Assembly: GCA_965242965.1 (NCBI GenBank)
Contig: OZ251518.1
Span: 64,001-128,000, forward strand
DNA length: 64,000 nucleotides
Reading direction: 5' to 3'
From: Candidatus Poribacteria bacterium
Lineage (GTDB): Bacteria; Poribacteria; WGA-4E; WGA-3G
Shown here: one piece after another, positions 47,159 through 57,337 of the stretch
Layout: each line of letters begins with the position of its first letter
How positions within the stretch are numbered: the first letter of the stretch is position 1
Position numbers and translations under genes: made by a program
The notes under the pieces: model-generated
Database searches by the model: none
Told to the model about the DNA's origin: nothing
Seen by the model: the letters and a program-made list of their open reading frames with translations, nothing else

Positions 47159-48371
47159 GCGCGCCTCCCTTTGGCCCGCCGGCATTCGTCAGCGGATCGC
47201 CGATTTCAAAGTAATTTTCCATCCAGAGCGACCCCAACTTCGCACCGGTTCCCAGAAACTCCTTGATACCTAGCATATCCGCCGTGCGTTTGCAGTTGGT
47301 AAACCCCTGTTCATCACGATAAAGCACCCAGACCTCCTCGGCGCGGAGGCCGTTGATAAAATGAGGCGAATGCGTGGTAATCATGAGTTGAGAAGACGCT
47401 GATGCCTCGCGGCACTCATCAGTTAGCCCTGCCAACAAGCGCGGATGTAGGTAATTTTCGGGTTCCTCAATGCCGATTAATTCCGGTGGTTCTGCATCGT
47501 GTAACAACGTCAAATAGGACAGCATCTTCAAGGTGCCATCGGAGGCGAACTTGGCTAAGATAGGTTGCTCAAACGGCGCGTCCTTAATCTGTAACAGGAG
47601 GCGGCCATCCTGCATTAGTTCTGCATCCACCCGTTCTAAGCGCGGCACCCGATACGCCAAGATTGAAAGAATATGTTCCAGCTGCACCGGGTGTTGTTCT
47701 TTCAGATATTGGATAACGTTCGGTAGATTATCGCCTGTTTCCGAGAGCCGTTCTTGTGGGCCCGCTTCGGGCACCCCGCGCGTGGCATCGGCGGACAAGT
47801 AGGAGAGATGCCAGCCGGTAATGAAGCGGCGCAGGGCACTCACGCGAGGATGCCTCGCCAATTGCCCAAGCGTGCTGACGGCCAGCATTGATGCGTCGTC
47901 AAGTTGTTCACCAATTCGCGTATCCTTCATATCGGGTGCTTCACCAGCGATGACCCGGCCTTCGCCTTGACGAAAATCAAGAAAGTGAAAAGGTTTTCCT
48001 CCACTCCCGCGCCGCCATCGCAGGGATTCTGTCTCAACGTACGCGCCTTTCGGCCCTTCATCAATTGCCAAATGGTAGGTGAGGAGAGGTGTCTTCGGTT
48101 TCTCCCGATATTTTAACTCAAATTCAATTGGGCCATCACACCCGCGGGTGCGCAATTCCTTAAAACGCCCCCTTTTGTCCCATGCACGACGCAGCCCCAC
48201 CGTGAAGCATTCCGAGAGGAACGCGAAAACATCAAACAGCGTTGACTTCCCGCTGCCGTTCGGGCCTAGGAAGGCTGACAGCGGCGTGATGTTTCGTAAT
48301 GTCACGTCTCGCAACGCGCGATAGTTCTTCACACGCAAGGATTCAATGCGGGGAACAGTCTGTTTTACCAT
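47148..48371 (-). CDS. ABC-type AAA ATPase (AAA_21/AbiEii-like)
   Basis: [15 protein letters not shown] signature, [15 protein letters not shown]; start 48371 or 48386. Confidence 0.88.
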   Translation of the reverse strand: MVKQTVPRIESLRVKNYRALRDVTLRNITPLSAFLGPNGSGKSTLFDVFAFLSECFTVGLRRAWDKRGRFKELRTRGCDGPIEFELKYREKPKTPLLTYHLAIDEGPKGAYVETESLRWRRGSGGKPFHFLDFRQGEGRVIAGEAPDMKDTRIGEQLDDASMLAVSTLGQLARHPRVSALRRFITGWHLSYLSADATRGVPEAGPQERLSETGDNLPNVIQYLKEQHPVQLEHILSILAYRVPRLERVDAELMQDGRLLLQIKDAPFEQPILAKFASDGTLKMLSYLTLLHDAEPPELIGIEEPENYLHPRLLAGLTDECREASASSQLMITTHSPHFINGLRAEEVWVLYRDEQGFTNCKRTADMLGIKEFLGTGAKLGSLWMENYFEIGDPLTNAGGPKGGAHAH

Positions 48372-48404
48372 CTCAATTGTCTCCATATAAACACATTCAC
48401 TGGG

Positions 48405-48434
48405 ATGATACCCTATTTCCAAGCAGATTGTCAA
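48405..48434 (-). promoter_or_regulatory. sigma70 promoter for ATPase/DUF4276 pair
   Basis: TTGACA-N18-TATCAT. Confidence 0.55.
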
Positions 48435-48451
48435 GTTTTTACTGGTTCTGC

Positions 48452-48946
48452 TCACACTTCTTCGTCAACTGCACGTAAGCATTCCAGAATTTCAGCCTGC
48501 TTCGCCAAATCAAACTGGTGCGAGCCGATATACATATATCGGATAATCCCGCGCTTGTCAATGATAAACGTCGCAGGACGCGCGATGTTGTATGCCTCAA
48601 GGCTGAGCCAGTGGTAAACGCCGTAACTCTTAATGACACGCCGCTCCTTGTCCACTAGCAACGGATAGGTGATGCCGTTGCGTTCCGCATAGCCGCGCAA
48701 TTCACGGGGCCACTGCCCCGCGATGGCGAGCGGAATAGCATCGTGCGCTGCGTAAGCATCAACCTGTTCTTGCACTGCCGCCAACTGACGACGGCTATTC
48801 GGTCACCATGTGCCCCGAAAAAACGTCAGCACGACGCGATGTTCTCCACGATACGACACTAGCGATACTTCCTGTCGTTCATGCGAAGGGAGCGTCCATA
48901 AAGGCGCGGTATCGCCGATGTTGAGAATCTTGTTTTCGCGTGGCAT
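48452..48946 (-). CDS. AhpC/TSA peroxiredoxin-like probable selenoprotein (UGA codon 48 at 48803-48805)
   Basis: [19 protein letters not shown]...[20 protein letters not shown]...[16 protein letters not shown]; UGA falls at the Cys of the FxRGxWCP motif. Confidence 0.82.
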
Positions 48947-48996
48947 ATTTTCGTTGTTCCTAGCGGTTGTTTACCGGTTTCGTATTAGGTGTTTTT

Positions 48997-50124
48997 TTAC
49001 CCTATCAATTCCACAAATACTTCGTTCGCCAAGAAAAGTCCCCGTTCTGTCAGGCGTAAATGCGTTCCAGAGCGTTCCATCAACCCTAAATCTATCCATT
49101 TCTGGCAGACATCGCCAAATTCAGTTTCAACCTCCTCGCCAAAGCGGCACTGATATGCCGCAAGCGAAAGCCCCTCCCGTTTCCGCAGCGCGAGCATGAG
49201 AGTATCTGCCTTTTCAGCACTCCCGGTGGGGCGTTCAGCATCCGCGATAGGTTTTATGCCTTGCTGGATGCCTGCGATGTAATCGGCGATGCCGCGAATG
49301 TTGGTGTAACGAACGCCATTAACATAGCCGCACGCGCCTGCACCTAACCCGATGCACGCACGGTTATTCCAATAAACGAGGTTATGTTTCGCCGCTTGAT
49401 TTGGCCGCGCGAAGTTGCAGATTTCATAATGTGCATAGCCGCGCGCCGTTAATGTCTCAATCGCATACTCAAACATGTTCGCCTCGGTATCCTCCGGAGG
49501 AAGGTGCAACTCGCCTGCTTTCCACCACTCATAAAACGGCGTTGTCTCCTCCATGACGAGGTTATAGACAGAAATATGCGCCGGTTCAAGCGAAATCACC
49601 TCGGTTAAGGTGTGTTGCCATTCCGCCATCGTCTGCTTCGGAATCGCGAAAATCACATCGACGTTGATGTTATCAAAACCGCAATCGCGGGTGAGTCGAT
49701 AACTGTGCAGGAAATCGGCGACGGTGTGGATGCGGCCGAGCTGCTTTAACGTCTCATCCTGCATCGCTTGCAAACCGAAACTGAGCCGATTGACACCAAC
49801 ATCCCGCATCACCTGCAGCTTCTCCGTGTCAACGGTGTCGGGATTACATTCCACCGTGATTTCCGCATCCGCACAGATTTGGAAATGCGCGCGTAAATCG
49901 GCGAACAACTGCGCGAACGCCTCGGCAGAAAGCATGGAAGGCGTGCCGCCACCGATAAAAATTGTCTTTAACGGCGCAGCCTTCGGCGCGTAAAGTGCCA
50001 TCTCTTCGCGAAGGACTAGGAGGTATGCCTTCGCCTGTTCTTTGTCAAAGGCGGACGTGTTGAAAGCGCAGTAGTAGCACTTCGTCGCGCAAAACGGAAT
50101 GTGGAGGTAGACAGAAGAAGCCAT
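48997..50124 (-). CDS. hemW: Radical SAM heme chaperone HemW (HemN-like)
   Basis: YLHIPFCATKCYYCAF, IGGGTPS, HYEICNF, HNLVYW. Confidence 0.88.
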   Translation of the reverse strand: MASSVYLHIPFCATKCYYCAFNTSAFDKEQAKAYLLVLREEMALYAPKAAPLKTIFIGGGTPSMLSAEAFAQLFADLRAHFQICADAEITVECNPDTVDTEKLQVMRDVGVNRLSFGLQAMQDETLKQLGRIHTVADFLHSYRLTRDCGFDNINVDVIFAIPKQTMAEWQHTLTEVISLEPAHISVYNLVMEETTPFYEWWKAGELHLPPEDTEANMFEYAIETLTARGYAHYEICNFARPNQAAKHNLVYWNNRACIGLGAGACGYVNGVRYTNIRGIADYIAGIQQGIKPIADAERPTGSAEKADTLMLALRKREGLSLAAYQCRFGEEVETEFGDVCQKWIDLGLMERSGTHLRLTERGLFLANEVFVELIG

Positions 50125-50126
50125 GG

Positions 50127-50420
50127 TTAGCGACGATGGCTCGGGAAGACGGTTATGTTCTTCTCCCAAAACCGTTTGTATTGGGACTCCGTCGTCTCCG
50201 ATGGTGGCACCCCAGCGAGGTCTGCCGCAAGGTTGAAGGGATTGGTGTGATAACAAGCAATCTTATCATAGACAGAACCTGCGTTGACAAATTGCTGGTA
50301 GTCATCTGCCTCCTCGGTTGATTCGCCGAAGATCTCGCTGAGCGTCCAGCGAACTAAGTCCCAATACGCATCGATATCGCGCTGCGATAAAGGGAATTCT
50401 TGCTCTTTTATCGTAGCCAT
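50127..50420 (-). CDS. Small acidic hypothetical protein overlapping DUF3990-like gene (candidate antitoxin)
   Basis: AAAGGAG RBS inside upstream gene, 13-nt overlap, helical acidic 97 aa. Confidence 0.65.
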   Translation of the reverse strand: MATIKEQEFPLSQRDIDAYWDLVRWTLSEIFGESTEEADDYQQFVNAGSVYDKIACYHTNPFNLAADLAGVPPSETTESQYKRFWEKNITVFPSHRR

Positions 50421-50962
50421 TGTGGTATTCTCCTTTCATACTCTGGCGTTCCCCGGCTGTGTAACACGGGCGCGGGGAGGATTTTCAACGCCGCTTCGGT
50501 ATGAAAACCGACCTGGTCCATGTCTTTAGCAACGAACAACTGCGGCCAAAATGAGACAGGCCCGAAGACAACGTCGTAATTTCTATCGCCTTGCAGCCGG
50601 TGTGAGCCCAACTCGTTTCGGCAATGTGAGACGAAATTCCAATAATCGGAGTTTGAACTGTCTGTCACGAAACACAAACTCAATAAAGGTGCCAATTGAT
50701 TCCTGTCCACCTCAAACCTCAGCACTACTGCGCATGTTGGAGGCCTTGATTTGCTGCGTTGGTTACGAAACAGCCGATTTGCCCAACCTTCTGCCTGACC
50801 TAGGACTGTTGTCAAGTAAAACCCTCTGCCGAAATCCGTTTTTGCGCGACCTTTTGACAACTCAATACTGTGAGGCAACTCACTTGAAGGCCTGCTGATA
50901 GCTGATGCCCCAATATCAGTTGTGCCATGATAAAGGACGAGTGGGCCATTTGTCCAAGCCAA
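50408..50962 (-). CDS. DUF3990-like protein (predicted ADP-ribosyltransferase-like fold)
   Basis: LYHGT...DFGRGFYLTT...QAEGWA...YDVVFGPV...QVGFHTEAAL. Confidence 0.78.
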   Translation of the reverse strand: MAWTNGPLVLYHGTTDIGASAISRPSSELPHSIELSKGRAKTDFGRGFYLTTVLGQAEGWANRLFRNQRSKSRPPTCAVVLRFEVDRNQLAPLLSLCFVTDSSNSDYWNFVSHCRNELGSHRLQGDRNYDVVFGPVSFWPQLFVAKDMDQVGFHTEAALKILPAPVLHSRGTPEYERRIPQWLR

Positions 50963-50974
50963 TGCGTTTCTCCT

Positions 50975-52072
50975 TTAAAACTCCAAACCCACCCGAATGG
51001 CATTCCCACCATCCGCATAAGCAAACGCCTCGTTCAACTGCGCAAACGGGAAGGTATGCGAGATGATTTTATGGAACGGATATTTATGCTGCGTGCGGCT
51101 CAAAAAATCAAGGGCGCGCGGGATAACCCACGGTTCATACACGATAACCCCGCGAATCGCCTTGCTACACCGCACAATGTTACCCGGGTCGATCTCTGTC
51201 GGAAAACCGAGGTTGATATTGCCGATCCAGAGATACCGTCCACCCCACCGAAGCATCTCTATCCCTTCAGAAAGCACGCGCGGCGAACCGACGAACTCCG
51301 CAACCAGGTCCGCGCCGATACCACCGGTATGCTCCATCACGTAAGCGACCCGTTCTTTAGTCGGCATCTCGTCAACGTTAATGCCGTGGTCTGCCCCGAA
51401 TTCCTGCGCAAGCGCAAGACGCGCCGGGAGCCGGTCCAACACAATCACCTGGCCCGCGCCCATCTCCTTCGCGACAGCGGTAGCGTAAAGGCCAAGCCCG
51501 CCGGCACCTTGAATTACCACCGTATCGCCGAGGGTAATGCCGATTTGGTTGAGGCCATATACTACTTCGGACAGCGCGCAGTTGATAGGCGAGACGAGCG
51601 CGTCGGGGAGCGCGTCCGGCACCTTGAAAATCCAATGTCCGCGCTTCATGTAGTAGTATTCGCCATAGGCACCGTGAAAATGCGGCGGCTGCTCACTAGA
51701 GACACCGAGCCAATCGCGGTATCTATCCGGGCATCCCGGCTTCCCATTAAGGCACGTCCAACATTGCTGGCACGGTTTGAAATAGGAGTAGGCAATCCGG
51801 TCGCCTTCCCTTAAAGGTTGTCCCAGGCTATCGGCTGTGACATTTTTGCCCATCGCCTCAATCGTGCCAACCATCTCGTGGCCGAGCACCTGTGGAATGC
51901 CGCTGGCGATTTTCGGTCCGTGCCCACGCCAGAAGTGCAAATCAGAACCACAGATGTTCGCCATGCGGATACGCACGAGGATATCGTCATCGCTGACAGC
52001 GGGAACCGGGTATTCGCGAAATTCCATCGGTGCCTGCGGTTGTGTGAAAATAGCGACTCTTCCTGTTTTCAT
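50975..52072 (-). CDS. Zinc-binding alcohol dehydrogenase (MDR family)
   Basis: ICGSDLH, GHEMVG, CxxCxxC...C, GAGGLG. Confidence 0.93.
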   Translation of the reverse strand: MKTGRVAIFTQPQAPMEFREYPVPAVSDDDILVRIRMANICGSDLHFWRGHGPKIASGIPQVLGHEMVGTIEAMGKNVTADSLGQPLREGDRIAYSYFKPCQQCWTCLNGKPGCPDRYRDWLGVSSEQPPHFHGAYGEYYYMKRGHWIFKVPDALPDALVSPINCALSEVVYGLNQIGITLGDTVVIQGAGGLGLYATAVAKEMGAGQVIVLDRLPARLALAQEFGADHGINVDEMPTKERVAYVMEHTGGIGADLVAEFVGSPRVLSEGIEMLRWGGRYLWIGNINLGFPTEIDPGNIVRCSKAIRGVIVYEPWVIPRALDFLSRTQHKYPFHKIISHTFPFAQLNEAFAYADGGNAIRVGLEF

Positions 52073-52087
52073 TTCTGCTTCTCGCGG

Positions 52088-52606
52088 TTACGCACTAGGA
52101 ACTTGGCCCTGCTTGAGGATTCTCAATTCCTCTTGCATTGCGTCAATTTGCCGTTGTTGCGCGGCAATTTGCTGTTGTTGCGTGGCAATCTTCTCTTCCT
52201 GCGCGTCAATCTTCTCCTCTTGCGCTCGTGTATTTTTCCGCTCCCAAAGTATCGGAAGCCCGATAACAGCAGCAATAAACGCGAGAAGTCCCAGTAACAG
52301 CAAAAAGTTCCTGTCCTGCTGCTTGTCCAGACTATCCATTCTGATCGAAAGGCCCCGGTTTTCATGGGAGACATGCTCCCGTATCTGCTTATCGGACGCC
52401 GCGATTTTAGCCTCCACGAAATCCCGCATCCGCTGCTCGGACTTCCCAATATCCTCCGAGATTTTCATTCCGACGAATTCTCGCATGCGCGCATCGTATT
52501 TTTCAAACATTCCCTCAATTTTCCCCAGGTCTTCAACACTCAGTTCAGCGAATGCCGATACGTTCATGAGCAGGAACCCGATGAGAAAAAACGGTGATAA
52601 TTTCAC
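52088..52606 (-). CDS. Hypothetical coiled-coil membrane protein
   Basis: Signal peptide, one TM, heptad repeats AQEEKI; AGGAGG RBS and GTG start. Confidence 0.75.
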   Translation of the reverse strand: MKLSPFFLIGFLLMNVSAFAELSVEDLGKIEGMFEKYDARMREFVGMKISEDIGKSEQRMRDFVEAKIAASDKQIREHVSHENRGLSIRMDSLDKQQDRNFLLLLGLLAFIAAVIGLPILWERKNTRAQEEKIDAQEEKIATQQQQIAAQQRQIDAMQEELRILKQGQVPSA

Positions 52607-52638
52607 CTGTCGTGCCTCCTAGCGTAAAAATTGTTAAT

Positions 52639-52667
52639 AGTATACCCGAATCGGACAAGAATGTCAA
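52639..52667 (-). promoter_or_regulatory. sigma70 promoter
   Basis: TTGACA-N17-TATACT. Confidence 0.7.
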
Positions 52668-52673
52668 CCTTTT

Positions 52674-53081
52674 TTAGAACTCATCAAAATTAACCACCTT
52701 CCACTCGCCGTTGATAAGTTCCGTGTTGAGGATAACGTTCCGCGTCGTCGTTTCCATGCCGCTGCGTTTGATGGATAGTTCATAATTGAACAGCACCTGA
52801 TGCTCATCCTGACTTTGACGTGCAAGCTGCTTATATTCAATATTCGGCAGTTCCACTACCTGTTGCCCGGGCATTCGGACTGCCTTCACGCGCGCGATTT
52901 CAGCATGCAACTTCTCTGCCGCCAATAAATCGGTGAGGAGGAGTGCCGCCCCCTGGTCTGCCCGTTGGTAATAGTTATAGATGAAATCCTCGCTGACAGC
53001 CTGCGGCGTGTTCCGATTTGAACACGCAAGGAAACATAAGCACAAGATGAACGTTTGTGAAATGATAATTGCGATTTTCAT
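52674..53081 (-). CDS. Hypothetical lipoprotein (NTF2-like/DUF4878-like)
   Basis: FLAC lipobox, TPQAVSEDF, GEWKV; true start 53081, not 53414. Confidence 0.7.
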   Translation of the reverse strand: MKIAIIISQTFILCLCFLACSNRNTPQAVSEDFIYNYYQRADQGAALLLTDLLAAEKLHAEIARVKAVRMPGQQVVELPNIEYKQLARQSQDEHQVLFNYELSIKRSGMETTTRNVILNTELINGEWKVVNFDEF

Positions 53082-53125
53082 TGAATTCCTCGCTATATCA
53101 CGAACGCGGGGGACAGGCCCCTGCC

Positions 53126-56100
53126 CTACAGCCCGGGGAGATTCCCCACAATCCGCACCGTATCCAAACTCACGGTAATCACACGTCCGATTAAATCCAC
53201 AATATAACCTGGCGCGTCGGCGCGATTCGGTTCGTTCACAATGCCACTCGCATCGTCTGCCGAAACCTGATACCGCTGCAGCACCCAGTCCAACGCCGAA
53301 TATGTCCCCAACTGATACGCAAACGCCTCCTCCGGCACCCCCTCCAACGTGAGGAAATCGTTGTAGTGGATGCACGTCTTGTCTTCGGAGAGCCGCATCT
53401 TTTCTACGCGCCAATTGAGTTGCATCCCCGGCGTTTCAACCCGCCGCAACGGATACACCGGCTGGTTTTCATAATTGACATGCAGCTCAGCTAATGCTTT
53501 CCCTGCATTAGCAAATCCCCAGAAGTCCGGGGCGAAGGGGAGATGCGGCAGATCGCGCTTGAGGTTGACACCATACCGCTCGCGGTAATCGGGATGATGC
53601 AACAGCCCATACGCATAGTGGAAAATGTCCCACTTCTCAATAGACGCGTCGCTGTAATGCGCGCGGAATTGGGACAATGCCCAATCGGTGATGTTCTCGC
53701 GCCGATTCGTGCCATCCTCATCGTAGATGTAGAACGGAAAGCATTGAGCTGTGCCTAGCATGCCATAAAACGGAATCACGTTTGTCATCAGGCAGTGGAA
53801 CGGCTTTTTGCTTCCAATGCCATTCACACAAATGACTCGGTTTTCCGTTTCCGTTTCAAGGGTAGGAAGGATAACTGACAATCTAGATGTCGTGTCAATG
53901 AGGAGCCTATCAAAGAACAGTCTCATTTTTGTATAGGGGCGGTAAAGTCCGTCCCGAATTTTGCTATCGGCGTATTCGGCGATTCGACCGCGCTTCAAAT
54001 TCGCCCGCAAACTGTCGCTCCACTTGATTTTTGTGTCATCATACGTCACAAAATCGTTGATAGCGGCACTTAAGTCTGTTCGGTGTTGCCATCGTGCCGC
54101 CTCCGCGTTGTAAAATTCTATCATCCGCAGCATGTTTTCGCCGAGTGTATCTGAATTGAAATTGCAAACCCAACGGTCGCGCCCACTCAAAATACCGTTG
54201 CTATACATACGAAATATCACACCTTCGGGTTGACTCTTACTCGCCTTCGCCGCTTGGCTCCCGAGCGGCATGAAGGTTGTGAATTCGGGACGGAGCCCTT
54301 CGGTGAGCCACGTATTATTTGCATCGACAGCGGCGCGTTTCATCGGCACGGTGGTGTAATCACCGAATTGGGTTAAGACGTTCTGCTTTTCGGCGGACTT
54401 CAGATAGTCGTCAACGTGGTAGAGATACACTTCAGCGGGTGCCGAGTCTTCTGCGAGTTTCGCCTTCTTGACGAGGAGGGTAATTCCGACGCTCACCCGC
54501 ACCTTATCGTCAAAGACGTTGCCGCCCTCTTTGCGGCGTTGCTCACCGGATGTGCGCGCGTCGCCTTTGAGATTCACGTGGTAAATCTTCGTGAAGTCCT
54601 GCGCTAGATGCTTCCGAATGCCATCGCCTGAGATAGCGTCCAAAAAATTGTTATTTGTCACGAAGGCGACGATACCTTCCTCGCCGATTCTGTCGGATGC
54701 CCAGCGGAGTGCTTTAATGCAAGCATCATAGAGCGAAGCTTTGAGTTGCGCCGCAGAGTCTTGCACGTAAGTCTCTCGCACCCGTTCATCCATCGCCTCG
54801 TGTTTCCGATTTCGGTTATTGTCGCTATCCTTCGCTTGCCCCACATTGTAAGGCGGATTGCCGATGACGATGAACATCGGCGATGCCTTCTGTTTCTCGG
54901 CGCGTTCGGTATTCTCGCGCGTCAGTAAGGGCAGCTGCCGCGATTCCGCCAGGTCAAACGTATCCACGAGGCAGATTTTATCGAACGGCACATATCGTCC
55001 GGTCGCCTCATAGAATTCGTGTTCAATATTCATGCTCGCGATGTAGTAAGGCAGGAGTAGCACCTCGTTGCAATGGAGTTCGTGGCGGTATTTATGCTCC
55101 AACGCCGTTTTGTCAATCTCGCGCATGAGTCGGACGATAAAATTGCCGGTGCCGACAAATGCATCGATGATATGCACTCCTTCATCTGACAGGGTACGCC
55201 CAAACTCGTTCTGCAGGATTTGCGCGACGCTTTTCACCATGAAGTCAACAATCGGCTGCGGGGTGTAGACGATGCCGTGTCTATCAGCGTCCTTTACCGA
55301 GAACCCTTGGAAGAACTGCTCATAGACGGTGTTGAGAAAGTGCTGTTTCTGTGAGAAATCTTGGCAGAGGCGCGCCGCATCCTCAATGGCGAGGTAAAAG
55401 TCGTTTAGTTCTGCCAGAAACTCATCGCGGCTAAATGCCTCGTCTGTCAGCACGTCAATGACGTTCTCAATTTCACGTGCGATGATATTGCGGCGCGTGA
55501 AATCGGGGTTATTGAAAACGGTGCGGAACGTGCGTTCGGTTAAAATGTGCTGGCTGAGCATCTCCTCGACTGCATCGGTGGAGAGATTCGGGTTGATGGA
55601 GGTGCGGCAGAGTTCGTAAAAGTCGGTGAAAACGGTGCTGAAACGCGGATTCGTCCGGCGCGCGTTCTGGATGATTGCCGTCATTTCACGTCCGAGTGCC
55701 GGGACCGTCTCTCGGAATTCGGCGACAGCGGCGTGCCACCTGTCAACAGCCGCAAGCGGAGCGGAAAAGAGGCGTTCCAGTGTGGTGCAGAGGTCTTTGC
55801 GTTCGGTGAGTTCCACGTCAAGCACCTTCTGTCCATTTTGATAGAGAACCCCGCGTTGCGGCGTGTAGAAAAAGATGTTAGTATCCGGATAGCCTGCGGC
55901 AAATTTGCGTTGGATTTCGCTCTCCAAATCATCGTGAATATCTTTCGCTTCAATGAAGGCGAACGGGAGTCTGTATTCGTCCAATATCGCGCCATCAATG
56001 ACGATGCGGTTTCCGGCATCCGTGCGCATTGCGTATTGCGGCACGAAGGTGGCATCGACTTTTTTCGCGCAGGCATCCAGTAGCGTTTGCAGCGGCAAAC

Positions 56101-56203
56101 TCACCGCGCCTTCGTGAGTGATGTTGTGCGTGTCAAACTGCGCCAGCGTGGCGTAGTATTCTTTGACGGGTTTGTGGTTTGGTTTGAGATTCAGTTTTCG
56201 CAT
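53126..56203 (-). CDS. Type ISP-like / IIG restriction-modification protein (PD-(D/E)xK nuclease + N6-adenine MTase + TRD, no helicase)
   Basis: IDG...IEAKD, GIVYTPQPIVDFMV, DAFVGTGNF, GNPPY, YRPYTK, DIFHYAYGLLHHPDYRERY. Confidence 0.85.
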   Translation of the reverse strand: MRKLNLKPNHKPVKEYYATLAQFDTHNITHEGAVSLPLQTLLDACAKKVDATFVPQYAMRTDAGNRIVIDGAILDEYRLPFAFIEAKDIHDDLESEIQRKFAAGYPDTNIFFYTPQRGVLYQNGQKVLDVELTERKDLCTTLERLFSAPLAAVDRWHAAVAEFRETVPALGREMTAIIQNARRTNPRFSTVFTDFYELCRTSINPNLSTDAVEEMLSQHILTERTFRTVFNNPDFTRRNIIAREIENVIDVLTDEAFSRDEFLAELNDFYLAIEDAARLCQDFSQKQHFLNTVYEQFFQGFSVKDADRHGIVYTPQPIVDFMVKSVAQILQNEFGRTLSDEGVHIIDAFVGTGNFIVRLMREIDKTALEHKYRHELHCNEVLLLPYYIASMNIEHEFYEATGRYVPFDKICLVDTFDLAESRQLPLLTRENTERAEKQKASPMFIVIGNPPYNVGQAKDSDNNRNRKHEAMDERVRETYVQDSAAQLKASLYDACIKALRWASDRIGEEGIVAFVTNNNFLDAISGDGIRKHLAQDFTKIYHVNLKGDARTSGEQRRKEGGNVFDDKVRVSVGITLLVKKAKLAEDSAPAEVYLYHVDDYLKSAEKQNVLTQFGDYTTVPMKRAAVDANNTWLTEGLRPEFTTFMPLGSQAAKASKSQPEGVIFRMYSNGILSGRDRWVCNFNSDTLGENMLRMIEFYNAEAARWQHRTDLSAAINDFVTYDDTKIKWSDSLRANLKRGRIAEYADSKIRDGLYRPYTKMRLFFDRLLIDTTSRLSVILPTLETETENRVICVNGIGSKKPFHCLMTNVIPFYGMLGTAQCFPFYIYDEDGTNRRENITDWALSQFRAHYSDASIEKWDIFHYAYGLLHHPDYRERYGVNLKRDLPHLPFAPDFWGFANAGKALAELHVNYENQPVYPLRRVETPGMQLNWRVEKMRLSEDKTCIHYNDFLTLEGVPEEAFAYQLGTYSALDWVLQRYQVSADDASGIVNEPNRADAPGYIVDLIGRVITVSLDTVRIVGNLPGL

Positions 56204-56338
56204 GTGCTGTTAATCCTTTGCAAGAGACAAAGAAGGCAAGAACGCTCGGGCTCTCGCCTTCTTCGGTTCGCGAAGAGCCCCCATTCTCCTGCATGGGGAT
56301 TTTCTCCGGGCGCCGCTTTAAGAATAAAGCGACAAGTT

Positions 56339-57331
56339 CTAGCGGCCGAGTGCCTCTAGGAACGTTTCCAGGCTTTCTGCCGACGCGGCAACAGGCGCAA
56401 GCTGCTTGAGTCGCTCTACGTCGTCAATCGTTTCAAGCAGGGGCATGAGATTGCGCACCGCAGCCGGATGAAAGCGCGCTTCCAGCACACCGAGGAGCAT
56501 TTCAAGGGCACCCTGGTTGCGGCCTTGTTCTAGTCCCTGGTTGCGGGCTTGTTCTAGCCACTGATTGCGGGCTTGCTCTAGCCCTTGCTCAAAGCCCTGC
56601 GCACGCGCCTCTTCAACCGCCGGTTTTAACGCCGCCTCGGCATAGTTTTCGGCATAGCGTTTGGCATAGCGTTGAAAAACAAGTGATTCGTACACCATTT
56701 CCTCCTTCACTGACTCCATTATCAGTGACTCGTCGTAACTCAATTTCCCAAATATACTCAGCAGGGCCAACAAGTCGTGCCGATGCGCCATGCTCACAGA
56801 CAGCGAGGCTGTCGCTTCAATGCACTCTTTCAACCATCGTTCCGCACTCATCCCATCGGGGGGACGCATCAACGGTGTGAACGGCATCAACCCGGGAGAC
56901 TGCAACTCCAAAATGGGGGCACCCTCCACCTCAATCAGCCGCAGCACTCGATAGGTGAGCAAATAGCACGGCTCCCCATGCCAGTCATAGCCGTACCCAC
57001 CCGGGTCATTCCGACCGGCGTTGGCATGCAAGTAGATAACCGTGCTATACACCGGCTTTTGATGCTCCGCAATGAGGAAACCGTGGTATCCCGCCACGCG
57101 GAACGGCATTGGCACCGGACTGTTATGCGTCTGCACCTCTACATGCGAGATGCTCTCCTCTCCATCAATGCTTGTCTCCCACGTGCTATCCGCCTGCCGC
57201 GTTTTCAACGTGGGCTGTTCCGTATCTAACCGTCTCAGCACTTTCAGGTTCGGTGCGTCCTGCAGATAGGGGAGGAGAGTGTCAGCGTTTTGCAGCAGAT
57301 GATATTTTGCTGCATCGTCATATTGTGTCAT
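56339..57331 (-). CDS. Rpn/YhgA-like PD-(D/E)xK nuclease (recombination-promoting nuclease family)
   Basis: RQADS, HVEVQT, MPFRVAGY, STVIYL, C-terminal QGLEQ repeats and LEARF. Confidence 0.82.
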   Translation of the reverse strand: MTQYDDAAKYHLLQNADTLLPYLQDAPNLKVLRRLDTEQPTLKTRQADSTWETSIDGEESISHVEVQTHNSPVPMPFRVAGYHGFLIAEHQKPVYSTVIYLHANAGRNDPGGYGYDWHGEPCYLLTYRVLRLIEVEGAPILELQSPGLMPFTPLMRPPDGMSAERWLKECIEATASLSVSMAHRHDLLALLSIFGKLSYDESLIMESVKEEMVYESLVFQRYAKRYAENYAEAALKPAVEEARAQGFEQGLEQARNQWLEQARNQGLEQGRNQGALEMLLGVLEARFHPAAVRNLMPLLETIDDVERLKQLAPVAASAESLETFLEALGR

Positions 57332-57337
57332 GATAGT

